Source of the DNA: an uncultured virus (IMG/VR IMGVR_UViG_3300037461_001375) | Lineage: Duplodnaviria > Heunggongvirae > Uroviricota > Caudoviricetes | IMG/VR virus record: IMGVR_UViG_3300037461_001375 | Direction: 5' to 3' (one strand) | DNA length: 20,000 nt | Shown: positions 1-8,953 of the stretch, in pieces | Layout of the letters: the number at the start of each line of letters is the position of its first letter | How positions within the stretch are numbered: the first letter of the stretch is position 1 | Position numbers and translations under genes: made by a program | Notes under the pieces: generated by a model | Database searches by the model: none | The model's input: the letters and a program-made list of their open reading frames with translations, nothing else | What the model was told of the DNA's origin: nothing

Positions 1-34
1 GCGGACGAACGGCATGGTCACGAGCACAAGTCAT
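1..34 (-). CDS. Partial 5' end of the next tail-tip gene (MTCARDHAVRP...), by synteny possibly an NlpC/P60-family tail peptidase
   Basis: ATG at 34..32 overlaps the hub stop (ATGA) and the frame is open to the window edge. The product is guessed only from the usual DUF2460-DUF2163-NlpC/P60 order. Confidence 0.4.
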   Translation of the reverse strand, partial: MTCARDHAVRP

Positions 35-1698
35 ACGATCGCAACCATAGAATCGTTGGGTGGCGTCAGAGGAAAACCACGAAAGTTTGCAGAGTTGTTA
101 AATTTAGAACCACAGGTTTCCAAACGTTTGTCACAACCCGGATAAAAGTATACCAGAGTTCCATGTTCCGGTTTTGACGGCAGAGGAGAAGCAAGCGTTA
201 CTCGGCCAGCGTCGCTTGATTTTATGGGTCGGCGCAGACCACGCATAAATCCATCACCAATTTCAATGTAGCCCAACGTGAAGAAATCTGCGCGAGAAGG
301 AAAGCCAACAAACTGTGTACTTGGATACAAAACAGTTTGTGTGCTTGAAAAAGTTATTCGCTTTGTCCTGACGTGGGATTCACGAGCAACCCCACACCCA
401 GTGCCGTACAATTCCCAGCCACAACCTGCCCGATACAAATTTCGAGGCGTAGGGGCTTCCAAAAGAGCCAGAACGCTTTTCACTTCCAGCTCTAGCCTAC
501 CGGGACTTGATTCAACAGTATTTACAAAACCGGAAAACCTTTTAAGCGTTCCAGTCATCGGAAGTATTGGGCCGTGTGTTCCAACTTGAGAAATATCAAA
601 AATAACAGGAGACGGAGTTTCCCCTTCTGGAGCAGGCCAAGCAGGATTCGGAGGAGAGAACGCTCTGTATAGGTCTACGGTTGCATTCTCTAAGTAGTGG
701 CCTTTGGCTGCCGCCATGTAGGAAATACCAAGGGATGAAATTGTATCCTCTAGCGTTGGATACATAATCATTTGAAGCGAAGAAACTTCAAGTCCTGTCT
801 TTTCCGAAATCACTGAGCGTTCGACTGGAATGGAAGATTTTACAGAAAACACGATTCCTGTGCGAGCAGCATAATGGCGAAGGATAGTGGTTTGAGACAG
901 AGGATATGGATACACAGCAACATGAGCCATTCGTCCAACAGCTCTGAGGCTTCCAGAGCCACCAAGCTCAAATGTTGGATCCGTATCTAGTAAATGTTCT
1001 TCAATGCCAGAAACTGACTGACAAAGTTCGCCATCCAAGTACAGAGACAGGGTGTATCCATCCCAAGTACAAACGATATGGTGCCAAACACCAGAAGTAG
1101 CCTTAGCAATATTTCCGATCACCTTGTGTGTGGCCGCAAGAGTATCTGCCACAGAAAAATGAAAGCCCCCGTCACTCAGAGGGTCAGTATCCCACCATAG
1201 CTGGAAAAAGCCATTCGTGTTTCTGAGTAACAAGTTATCCAAAGCGCCACTTGGTGCTGAGTTGGCATAGAACCAACACTCATAGGAAAACGCACGAAGA
1301 ACTCTGAATTTTTGTTCTTGTCCTAGAGTGAACGAAGTATTCGGAGAAAGCTTAAAATTCCCGTCAAAGTCAATGCTTGTCTCGGAGGAGTAATCACCAT
1401 CCGAAATTGGGGAGGTTGCTGAATGTTGAATCGTTCCAACTACACTTAGGTTGATTCCTCCCGGTAGCTCATCTGTAGCCCAATCATCAACGTCAGGAAC
1501 CTTGCTCAAGGGATAGTAAGCTATTGGGTGATCCCCGATAATCACATCACGATAGTTTTGACGAATACTGACGTCTCCGGATACGAGCAAAATTTCTTGC
1601 CCTGAAACCAACAAAATGCGATACAAGTCCGCCATGAAGAAATCATTGTAGTCGGATCCTGTAAGTAAGGAAACAAGTTTTCTTGAAGCTAACTTCAT
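31..1698 (-). CDS. Baseplate hub / tail-tip protein (DUF2163 + BR0599-like C-terminus; lambda gpL / GTA hub-like) with an inserted LamG-like domain
   Basis: N-terminal MKLAS..FMADLYRILLVSG, internal TGLEVSSL and P-R-N-L-Y..CGWELYGTGC, C-terminal GCDKRLETCGSKFNNSANFRGFP (typical four-Cys BR0599 tail). Start moved from 1737 to the ATG at 1698, which overlaps the upstream stop (ATGA). Confidence 0.9.
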   Translation of the reverse strand: MKLASRKLVSLLTGSDYNDFFMADLYRILLVSGQEILLVSGDVSIRQNYRDVIIGDHPIAYYPLSKVPDVDDWATDELPGGINLSVVGTIQHSATSPISDGDYSSETSIDFDGNFKLSPNTSFTLGQEQKFRVLRAFSYECWFYANSAPSGALDNLLLRNTNGFFQLWWDTDPLSDGGFHFSVADTLAATHKVIGNIAKATSGVWHHIVCTWDGYTLSLYLDGELCQSVSGIEEHLLDTDPTFELGGSGSLRAVGRMAHVAVYPYPLSQTTILRHYAARTGIVFSVKSSIPVERSVISEKTGLEVSSLQMIMYPTLEDTISSLGISYMAAAKGHYLENATVDLYRAFSPPNPAWPAPEGETPSPVIFDISQVGTHGPILPMTGTLKRFSGFVNTVESSPGRLELEVKSVLALLEAPTPRNLYRAGCGWELYGTGCGVARESHVRTKRITFSSTQTVLYPSTQFVGFPSRADFFTLGYIEIGDGFMRGLRRPIKSSDAGRVTLASPLPSKPEHGTLVYFYPGCDKRLETCGSKFNNSANFRGFPLTPPNDSMVAIV

Positions 1699-2336
1699 GG
1701 CTTGACCGAGATGAGCTTTATTTCGCCAGAGCGCCAAACTTTTGGAAGTAGTTGTGTCACAGTGTATTCGTTTTCGTCGAATCGCACACGGTAGTAGAAG
1801 TCACAGCTTACAGTGATTAGTCCTACGGGGGAGGAAGTAAACGTTATGATTCCATTATTTTCCGTCCAGTTTGTGTTTACAACAGGACCAGTGCCGGGAT
1901 CTACTTTAACAACCAAGCCACCAGCTCCGGGGGTTCCACCATCCTTTATCTCGTAGATTGGCTCGACATTGAGCGAGCCCATTGTTCTTACGATTTGGAA
2001 CTGAGGATTTGTTCCAGAGCCATCCCATGTAGCGATAGGCTGATCAGTCAAAGTTTTATCATGAGTATCTTGAAATAAAAAAGTTTCAAATGAGCCCTTG
2101 TGCAGAGTGTAAAAGCCCAAGATCGCATCAAGCTGACGCCCGAGAGTCGCGTCATCATACAGTACGGGGAAGCGAACCGTGAAGTGCCATACCGGGAAAA
2201 CAACTTCGGCGATTCTCGATTCCCGAAACGAAGATGCACGATGCACCTTGGTTGAGAATTCTGGATACTTTGAGTTGCTCCAAGAAAATTTATTCTCAAG
2301 AGAAACTCCAACAGGTGGAAACACACGATCGCTCAT
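1695..2336 (-). CDS. Distal tail protein (DUF2460 / TIGR02217-like)
   Basis: PEFSTKV..SSFRESR, LGFY..HKGSFETFLFQD and DFYYRVRFDE motifs. Lies directly after the tape measure with an ATGA overlap. Confidence 0.88.
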   Translation of the reverse strand: MSDRVFPPVGVSLENKFSWSNSKYPEFSTKVHRASSFRESRIAEVVFPVWHFTVRFPVLYDDATLGRQLDAILGFYTLHKGSFETFLFQDTHDKTLTDQPIATWDGSGTNPQFQIVRTMGSLNVEPIYEIKDGGTPGAGGLVVKVDPGTGPVVNTNWTENNGIITFTSSPVGLITVSCDFYYRVRFDENEYTVTQLLPKVWRSGEIKLISVKP

Positions 2337-5300
2337 CTTGTTTTTCCAGCAAAATTCCGTGCATCAGGATTAAACTTTCTGTATTGATTCCTAGATGCAC
2401 GAATAATTGCAGATCCATTTTGATTGACAAACTTCTTTACATCCTTGGAGTCCCAAGCTTGAATTATCACAGTCGAAGGTCCAGACTCAGAACGTTGGGT
2501 ATCGTATACATCAAACTCAGGTCGAACGACTGACTTTTCCGTAATCAGTCGACGAAGACCACTGGAGATTTGAGGAGGCAGAACCATCTCGCCCTTGTGG
2601 GCCATGAGCAGAGTGTCCGATTCCAGAAAAGCCCCTCGTCGAGCTAGAGGTGCAGCACTGAAGGAGGAAATCGCAGCAGATACAGCTCCGGCTGCCGCTA
2701 TTGCAAGCGCAGGACCAACATAGGGAATACCAGCAACCGCAGAGGCAGCTTGAGCAATGGCAGCCGACCGTGCAGCTAAAGCTAACGTTATGAAGGCTGT
2801 TGCCAACGCTGCAACGGCAGCAGCAGTAGCCAACAAAACTGGGACTAAAATTGGAATGGTAGCAGTCATAACCGCAGTGAACGCAAGCATCAGAGGCAAG
2901 GCTACTAGGAGGCCCAAAGCCATCAGTGAAAAACCAACTCCTGCCGTAATCGCTGCGAATCCAACAACAAGAGATACGGCAGCAAGGGCTGCCATTTTTG
3001 GAATCAGTGTAAGTGATGTGGTCAAACCAGCAGTAAGCTTTGCAGCCTCTCCAGTTACAAAGGCGACCACTTCGGACATTTTTGCCCCGATAGAAGTTGC
3101 GGCCTCCTCGGCGGCGATTCCCTGACGCACGCCAGAACCAGCGGCCGTAGCAGAGGACTTCGCGCCTTCCCCTGCTACAGTAATGCCAGTTTCGGCAGCC
3201 TTAAAGCCAAACAGAGAAGCAAGCATTTCGCTTTGAGCCAAAGCAGAAATTGCTTGGATCTTCAGCCATCCTATGGCTGCCTGTATGGCTAACTGAGCCA
3301 TGGTGTTTATCCAAGACAAAACTAAGTTCTTCCCTAAGTTTCGGAAGGCATCTTCGAGTGTTAGAGTTCCTGTGATTATCCCTTCGACAGATTGATTAAA
3401 GGTACTCGTTATCGCCGAACTTGTTGCGTCAAAAAGAGAACCAAAGCCTTCAAGGGTAGAGCTAAAATTTTGTAGAGCATCACGTTGGTCTATCCAAGAT
3501 TGACGAGTATCCGCACCAACATTCTTGTTCGCAAAGCTATCCTGAATAGCTTTGTTGTAAGCATCGGTATCGCTTTTAAGCTTTTGAAGACCGTCACCCG
3601 ATTGTCCAAAAACGTCTAAGCTGTAAGCAAGTGACTTGTTTAAGTTTTTCGTTATGTCTTCAAGCTTTTCGTAGCCCTCTTCTTCTTCAATAAGCTTTAA
3701 CTGAACACGTAAAAACTTTAACGAAGTTTCCAAATCTCGAATCTGATCAGCCGTTAGCTTGGCACGATACTGTTTGTCCCTCAAAGCTTTTTCAAACTCG
3801 CCAATAACGGCCCCAACTCGTTCTGAAGTCTTTTCATAAACGTTTAAGCCGTAGCCTATTTCACTCAGCCCTCTAGAGAGTTGATCTGTAGCATTGTCAA
3901 ACGCTCTGAAAGAAGCAGCCCAAGCTTTTACTTGTGCGTCATCAACACCACGAATTTTAGACAGAGCAAGTACGGCATCGGAATATGCAGAAGCCTTTGC
4001 TTCGTTTACATCAAAAATTTCGCCCAGTAAAGTTTGTCGAACTTCAACTTCTCTCAAAGCTTCGTTCAGTCGCTCAAAAACTCTAACGTCTTCCTTGACC
4101 TCAGATTTAAGCTCTTTCTTCGCTTCCTTCAGAGATTCAATTTGATTTGACAAAGCCAAGAATCGTGCTTGAGCATCCTTGACTGCACTGTCACTTAGGT
4201 CTACTAAATTTTCTTCGTAGATTCTCAACTCTTCCGTAACATTACTTAGTTGTTGCTGAAGAGCTTCAAGCTGATTTGTAGCGGGGATGTACGATACTTT
4301 GGAGCCAGCCAATCGACCCTGTTCTTTTGCCGTCAGATTAAGCTGAGTTCTAACGCTATCGAGAGAAGAAGAATATTCATCGCCAGAAACAACCAGAACG
4401 TCCAGCGATCTTCGTAAAGCTTCAACACGAATTCTAGCTGCCCCAGCAGTGTCACCAAATTTAGCCTGAATTAGAGCTGCCTTCGAAAATTCCTTTGACA
4501 GATCTCTAAGAGCATTAGCCGCATCTTGGCTTTGAAGAATATCATTTATGGCTGTGATTATGCCACCAAGTTCAGGATCCTGTAACGCTGCACTCAGGTT
4601 CTCTTCAGACGCTGCAAGTTTATCAATGAGAGTACGACCTGCGGAAGCTAGAGCACCCTCAAGGTCAAAATCTTTTATTACTGATGCTTGGTTTGCGATA
4701 ACTTCAAGCTCTCTACGATACTCACCAAGCGCAACAAGTCCACCTTCGCTCAACTCAAAAGCAGATTCTAAGCTTTGTTTGATCTTACGCGAGCCTCCGG
4801 TAATTTCGTCTACCACGTCAGGCATTATGGATGACATGACGGAAAGAAAAGTTTCTGGGCCGAGCGTAAAAATATCTATGGAAGACAAATTTAGATTTTC
4901 AAGAAAAGATTGCCCCCGACCCATATTCTCAGATAGCTGCTCTAGCGAAGCACTGCCACGAGAAGCGGCCACGCTAAAGTTTTCGTAACCATTAGCTACA
5001 GCATAAAGTTGAAGTTTTAAGTCATAAAGTTGTTCGATTTGGAACTTAGTGTCGGAAGCAAACTGCGAACCAAAAACTATGTGGCGTGCTGCGGTTCTGA
5101 GAAATCGAGTTAGATAGCTGTCATTTTCGTTCACAGCCATACCAAACTCAGCAGCGGCAATTCGTGATCTAACAAGACGCTCTGCAAGTTGCCCAGTTCC
5201 AGTTGTGATTGCAGCAAAAATTGCAGCAAGGCCGGCAAAAACGGCAATGGTCGATAAAACTGCGGCAATACCTGCTGCAATGACAGTAAGACCTGTGGCA

Positions 5301-6625
5301 ACAGCCGCAGCGGCAGCAGCAACGCCACCCATGACAACAACCATAACAGCAAAAGCAGCCGCAAGGATTCCAACTAAAACTGCGAGTGGTAATATTTTTG
5401 CAAAAGATACAGCAAACTTTTTAATAAAACCTTCAGACTGTATTGCAGATTGTTGCATGTCACCGAAAGCAACCAACAGGTCTCGGATACTGTCAACAAT
5501 GGAAGTTAATATCGGAAGGATTTCCAATCCTAGAATAACTTTAAGGCGCTTAAAAGCATTCGACAAACGGGTAACTGAGTTGGTAAATGTTTTGAACTGT
5601 AAATCGGATTCACGAAGTAAGTCTTTTTCAGACTTAATCGCGTCTTCGGCATTTTTAATGTTTTCTCGAAGTTTGTCCATGGCACCTGCTGTATTAAGCA
5701 GAGCCATACGAACACGAACGTTTGTGAAAACGCCACCAAGAGCTTGAAGCGTTGGAAGTGCGCCACTGGCCCGGTGTTGTAAGTTATCCAATCCCTCCAG
5801 AAAATCGATAAAGCCTTTGCTTGGGTCTGAAGCAAAAATTTTCTTAAAAGATTCCCCGGTATCATAGCCAGCAGTCTTAGCGAACAGTTCCAGTTTTGCT
5901 GAAGACTTTGATACTGCCTGAGAAATTTCAGCAAAAACCGACGACATTGCCGAACCACCGGCTTCGACAAGAACACCGGTTTCCGACATTGTTGCAGCTA
6001 GGGCTAAAACAGTGGAGTCTGTAATGCCCACCTGCGAGGCCGCAGCGCCCATCCGAAGCGCCATTCTTAAAATGTCGCGCTCGGTCGTTGCTGTAGTGTT
6101 TCCTAAACGGACGATGGCCGAAGCCAACCGAGGAGTGGATTCCTCCGTACGCCTAAGAACAGTGGTTAGCTTAGCCAACGCTGTTCCGGCTTCCGTTGCG
6201 GAAATGTTTGTAGCTACACCAAAACGAATCATCGTTTCGGTGAGCTTTGGAATGAAGGCTGCCTTTACGTCCAACTGACCAAGAACCGCTGCAACCCCTG
6301 TAATTTCTCGGTTGCTTACTGGCAGATCAGTTGAAAGCCGTAAAAGTTCTCCACGAAATGCTTCGAGGCCAGACTCAGAAAACGAGTCTGCGGTTGTTTT
6401 CTTTACGCGAGCAAATTGTTGCTCAAATCTAGCAGCTTCTGAAACACTGCTCTTTAGCGCAAACGCAATACCAGCAATCGAAGCTGTGCCAGCTACTGCA
6501 ACCTTTCCCAATGGAGTTTCAAGGGCTTTTTTGAAGCTGGTGCCGACTTTCTCAAGCACCTTGAAAATATTTTCAGCTCGTAGGCTTAGCTTGAGAAGTA
6601 ATCCACCAGTAGCTAGAACGCTCAT
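2333..6625 (-). CDS. Tail tape measure protein (TP901-family core)
   Basis: 1430 aa, Ala-rich and helical. N-terminal FEQQFARVKKT..LGQL..LGNTTATTERDI..EAGGSAMS core, coiled-coil middle, two long hydrophobic stretches, C-terminal AHKGEMVLP..IQAWDSKDV. Follows the chaperone genes. Confidence 0.96.
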   Translation of the reverse strand: MSVLATGGLLLKLSLRAENIFKVLEKVGTSFKKALETPLGKVAVAGTASIAGIAFALKSSVSEAARFEQQFARVKKTTADSFSESGLEAFRGELLRLSTDLPVSNREITGVAAVLGQLDVKAAFIPKLTETMIRFGVATNISATEAGTALAKLTTVLRRTEESTPRLASAIVRLGNTTATTERDILRMALRMGAAASQVGITDSTVLALAATMSETGVLVEAGGSAMSSVFAEISQAVSKSSAKLELFAKTAGYDTGESFKKIFASDPSKGFIDFLEGLDNLQHRASGALPTLQALGGVFTNVRVRMALLNTAGAMDKLRENIKNAEDAIKSEKDLLRESDLQFKTFTNSVTRLSNAFKRLKVILGLEILPILTSIVDSIRDLLVAFGDMQQSAIQSEGFIKKFAVSFAKILPLAVLVGILAAAFAVMVVVMGGVAAAAAAVATGLTVIAAGIAAVLSTIAVFAGLAAIFAAITTGTGQLAERLVRSRIAAAEFGMAVNENDSYLTRFLRTAARHIVFGSQFASDTKFQIEQLYDLKLQLYAVANGYENFSVAASRGSASLEQLSENMGRGQSFLENLNLSSIDIFTLGPETFLSVMSSIMPDVVDEITGGSRKIKQSLESAFELSEGGLVALGEYRRELEVIANQASVIKDFDLEGALASAGRTLIDKLAASEENLSAALQDPELGGIITAINDILQSQDAANALRDLSKEFSKAALIQAKFGDTAGAARIRVEALRRSLDVLVVSGDEYSSSLDSVRTQLNLTAKEQGRLAGSKVSYIPATNQLEALQQQLSNVTEELRIYEENLVDLSDSAVKDAQARFLALSNQIESLKEAKKELKSEVKEDVRVFERLNEALREVEVRQTLLGEIFDVNEAKASAYSDAVLALSKIRGVDDAQVKAWAASFRAFDNATDQLSRGLSEIGYGLNVYEKTSERVGAVIGEFEKALRDKQYRAKLTADQIRDLETSLKFLRVQLKLIEEEEGYEKLEDITKNLNKSLAYSLDVFGQSGDGLQKLKSDTDAYNKAIQDSFANKNVGADTRQSWIDQRDALQNFSSTLEGFGSLFDATSSAITSTFNQSVEGIITGTLTLEDAFRNLGKNLVLSWINTMAQLAIQAAIGWLKIQAISALAQSEMLASLFGFKAAETGITVAGEGAKSSATAAGSGVRQGIAAEEAATSIGAKMSEVVAFVTGEAAKLTAGLTTSLTLIPKMAALAAVSLVVGFAAITAGVGFSLMALGLLVALPLMLAFTAVMTATIPILVPVLLATAAAVAALATAFITLALAARSAAIAQAASAVAGIPYVGPALAIAAAGAVSAAISSFSAAPLARRGAFLESDTLLMAHKGEMVLPPQISSGLRRLITEKSVVRPEFDVYDTQRSESGPSTVIIQAWDSKDVKKFVNQNGSAIIRASRNQYRKFNPDARNFAGKTR

Positions 6626-6634
6626 TTAGCACAC

Positions 6635-7003
6635 TCACAAATTTTGCATCGCTTGTTTTCGTCGTTTGTAATCCAAACGAGCTTTGAGCGTATCAATCTT
6701 TGACACATTCTCCTGTGCAGTGGGTTGGGGTTTCCATTGTCGTAGAAGTTTCTTCGGAGACATGCCCTTCTTGACGTGTGGTGATATGATTGTGGCGCAA
6801 ATTAGGGCCCTATCGTGTATCCGATGATCTTCACGCCAGTTGAAGCCCTCTAGCATATCTGAAAGCTCCCCAGGCGTTAAGCGATAAAACTCCCAAGGTT
6901 TCAATGCAAGTGGACCATAGGCAGCAGATTTTGCTTTTTCTATCCACGCTGCAAAGGTTTGGGGGAGACTCAGGTTTGAGTCTCCCCCTTCGGAGGGATC
7001 ACG
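6635..7003 (-). CDS. Tail assembly chaperone C-terminal extension (gpT-equivalent), probably made only as a recoded fusion with 6970..7335
   Basis: The frame is open from 7003 to the stop at 6635, well upstream of the TTG at 6904, which has no Shine-Dalgarno. It is the -1 frame relative to the chaperone. Encodes TFAAWIEKAKSAAYGPLALKPWEFYRLTPGEL, typical of chaperone extensions. Confidence 0.85.
   Translation of the reverse strand, partial: RDPSEGGDSNLSLPQTFAAWIEKAKSAAYGPLALKPWEFYRLTPGELSDMLEGFNWREDHRIHDRALICATIISPHVKKGMSPKKLLRQWKPQPTAQENVSKIDTLKARLDYKRRKQAMQNL
6961..6988 (-). promoter_or_regulatory. Translational recoding signal: G-GGG-GAG slippery run and TGA stop inside a perfect 12-bp hairpin
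   Basis: Minus strand GGGGGAGACTCA-AACC-TGAGTCTCCCCC. The slippery heptamer is 6988..6982 and the stop is 6972..6970. Confidence 0.8.
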
Positions 7004-7335
7004 TCAGATTCCTCACTGTCAGCTTGCTGCACCCGAATCACACCGGAGGAGTTCAGGGCTCGCGAAACAGGCTCCATGAGACCTTCGAGAGATCCGCCCT
7101 TCTCAATGAAGGTTTCGATAAGGTCCCCAACCCGTTCGGGAGTAAGCCTTTTATCCTCCCAACGAAGACCAGCCCAAAGAAGGCCGCGAATGGTGAGGAA
7201 ACCAACGCGGCCTTCTTCAAAAATTTGAGCTGGACCGATCCCGAGGTGTTGTTCGAGATCGGCCAGCGCATTGATGGAAAATCTGAGATTTCGAGGCTTG
7301 TCAAGCAAGTCGAAAGGTACTGCTGGAGATGGCAT
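6970..7335 (-). CDS. Tail assembly chaperone (gpG-equivalent)
   Basis: LDKPRNLRFSINALADLEQHLG..IRGLLWAGLRWEDKRLT motif. Located between the tail tube and the tape measure. AGAGGAG RBS upstream. Confidence 0.9.
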   Translation of the reverse strand: MPSPAVPFDLLDKPRNLRFSINALADLEQHLGIGPAQIFEEGRVGFLTIRGLLWAGLRWEDKRLTPERVGDLIETFIEKGGSLEGLMEPVSRALNSSGVIRVQQADSEESDVIPPKGETQT

Positions 7336-7364
7336 CTGTGTGCTCCTCTAAGTTTTGTTAGATG

Positions 7365-7832
7365 TTAGTAAGACGGATTGTCACCCGAAGCCAGCGTGCC
7401 CTTGGTCAGAGCGCCTACGCCAAGAATCTCGATGCTGATGATTGCGGCGTCGTCGTTAGGACCACCAAGCTCCCACGAAGTGATGATTCCCAAGCCTTCA
7501 AACTTTTCATGCGTGCTCGTTGTTCCAAGCTTGCCTTCAGGAACAAAACGCATATACAAAGTATTGGGAGAAGTGGTTGGGAGAATCTTGGTATACAGGA
7601 GATCTTGAGCCGTATCGCTGTGAATATACAAAGCTTCAGCAGACGCAGACCATTGAGCCAGACCCAAAATGTTATCCTTCCACCCGTCACTCGTGTGGCT
7701 GGAAGCATCGATGGTATCACGTTCAATAGTCAGAGTGACATCTCGAAGCTCTGCAATGTGAGAATAGGGGGCAACCCCATCCGAATCCACATACAGCATC
7801 GCTCGATACCCAGGAATTGCACTCGTAGCCAT
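7365..7832 (-). CDS. Major tail tube protein (TP901-1/GTA-like family)
   Basis: IAELRDVTLTIERDTIDASSHTSDGWKDNILGLAQWSASAE..FEGLGIITSWELGGPNDDAAIISIEILGVGAL. GGGAGG RBS upstream. Confidence 0.93.
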   Translation of the reverse strand: MATSAIPGYRAMLYVDSDGVAPYSHIAELRDVTLTIERDTIDASSHTSDGWKDNILGLAQWSASAEALYIHSDTAQDLLYTKILPTTSPNTLYMRFVPEGKLGTTSTHEKFEGLGIITSWELGGPNDDAAIISIEILGVGALTKGTLASGDNPSY

Positions 7833-7856
7833 TATTACAATCCTCCCGATTAAAAA

Positions 7857-8234
7857 TTACAGACGAGGGGCCAGAACCCAAAACTTCAAATCGGTAGTTC
7901 CACCAGCCCCAATGTCGATGTTGACTGTTCCGTCACTCTGATTGAAAGCCGCTGCGGCAAACGGCCCTGCAATGTACCTCCCACTGATAGGTACGGTGAT
8001 TATCAGATCGCCTGTGCGTCCGTAAGAATCGGCTACGGATTTAACGGTAAAAGCTCGTGTGGCGCCAGCGTTGGTATTGAAAGCCAGCAGCATAATCTTG
8101 CCACTGGTGTTAACAAAATAGTTTCCGTTGGTCTCATCAGAAGATGTTTGACCAGTCTCGCCCAACGTAATATTTAGAGCCCCACCAACGCCAGCGAGAG
8201 GAACGTTAGTAATAGGAATATTTGTACGCGGCAT
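7857..8234 (-). CDS. Probable small virion structural protein (beta-rich), function unknown
   Basis: 125 aa rich in Gly/Thr/Asn with a beta-strand pattern. AGGAG RBS. Co-oriented within the morphogenesis operon. Confidence 0.7.
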   Translation of the reverse strand: MPRTNIPITNVPLAGVGGALNITLGETGQTSSDETNGNYFVNTSGKIMLLAFNTNAGATRAFTVKSVADSYGRTGDLIITVPISGRYIAGPFAAAAFNQSDGTVNIDIGAGGTTDLKFWVLAPRL

Positions 8235-8237
8235 GGA

Positions 8238-8480
8238 TCACTCCTGAGATTTGTCGAATGAAAATTCAGATTGAACGCTAGGGCTCTCTTCAGGAGGCTC
8301 AGGATTGGGCTCTTCAGGAACAAAACCTTCAGGAATCAAGTTACCTGCTGCTACGTATTCTTCAGCTTCCTTTACATCAAAGAGGTAGAAGCAACCTTTG
8401 GAAAAAGTTTGTGAGGCGCCTCCAAACAAAATTCGAGTAAAGGCCTCTTTGCATTCGTAGCGTTTGATTTCTTCAGCCAT
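8238..8480 (-). CDS. Hypothetical protein (80 aa, acidic Pro/Glu-rich tail)
   Basis: GGGAGG RBS, fills the operon gap. No family recognised. Confidence 0.75.
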   Translation of the reverse strand: MAEEIKRYECKEAFTRILFGGASQTFSKGCFYLFDVKEAEEYVAAGNLIPEGFVPEEPNPEPPEESPSVQSEFSFDKSQE

Positions 8481-8529
8481 TTATGGTCCTCCCATAGTAT
8501 CCGAGTTGAAGGGTAAACAGAAGAGCGAA

Positions 8530-8943
8530 TTACAAAGGGTCATCGGCAGCTAAGACACGGAAACGCATAGATATGTGCCGAAGATCTCCAGAGCTGCCTT
8601 GAAGTTGTTCTGAGAACTCCAGTCGAATTTCGAACTTGTAGTTATCCTGAGTTAAAACTTGTTTATCCAACAAGGTGCAAACTCGGGCACTGATTTGATC
8701 GAGAAGATCCCAAGATTCTGCGGCATCCCATGCGCTGATATACACCGTAACATACTCGATAGTTCCTGTGGACTCCCGAGTCAGCATCGGAGATGTGGAC
8801 ATCCTCTCAATTTCAAGCAGAGGATAGGGTGTATTCTGAGCACCCTGATTCAAAACGCGACTTTGCACCAAGGACATCAAATTGGAGTCTGACGTCAACT
8901 TGGAAAATATTGCCACTTGTAGTGGTTTGTAGGCTTTTCCCAT
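8530..8943 (-). CDS. Tail terminator / tail completion protein (DUF3168, SPP1 gp17-like)
   Basis: LQVAIFSKLTSDSNLMSLVQSRV..TPYPLL..RHISMRFR pattern. Last neck gene. Start placed at ATG 8943; the ORF track starts at 8976. Confidence 0.85.
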   Translation of the reverse strand: MGKAYKPLQVAIFSKLTSDSNLMSLVQSRVLNQGAQNTPYPLLEIERMSTSPMLTRESTGTIEYVTVYISAWDAAESWDLLDQISARVCTLLDKQVLTQDNYKFEIRLEFSEQLQGSSGDLRHISMRFRVLAADDPL

Positions 8944-8953
8944 TTCAGTCACT

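Noticed and set aside
2757..6629. Multiple 80-180 aa alternative-frame ORFs within the tape measure
   Set aside because: Expected from Ala-rich codon usage. No independent coding evidence.
6635..6904. Independent 89-aa gene starting at TTG 6904
   Set aside because: No Shine-Dalgarno, and the frame stays open and plausible up to 7003, overlapping the chaperone end. A recoded fusion fits better.
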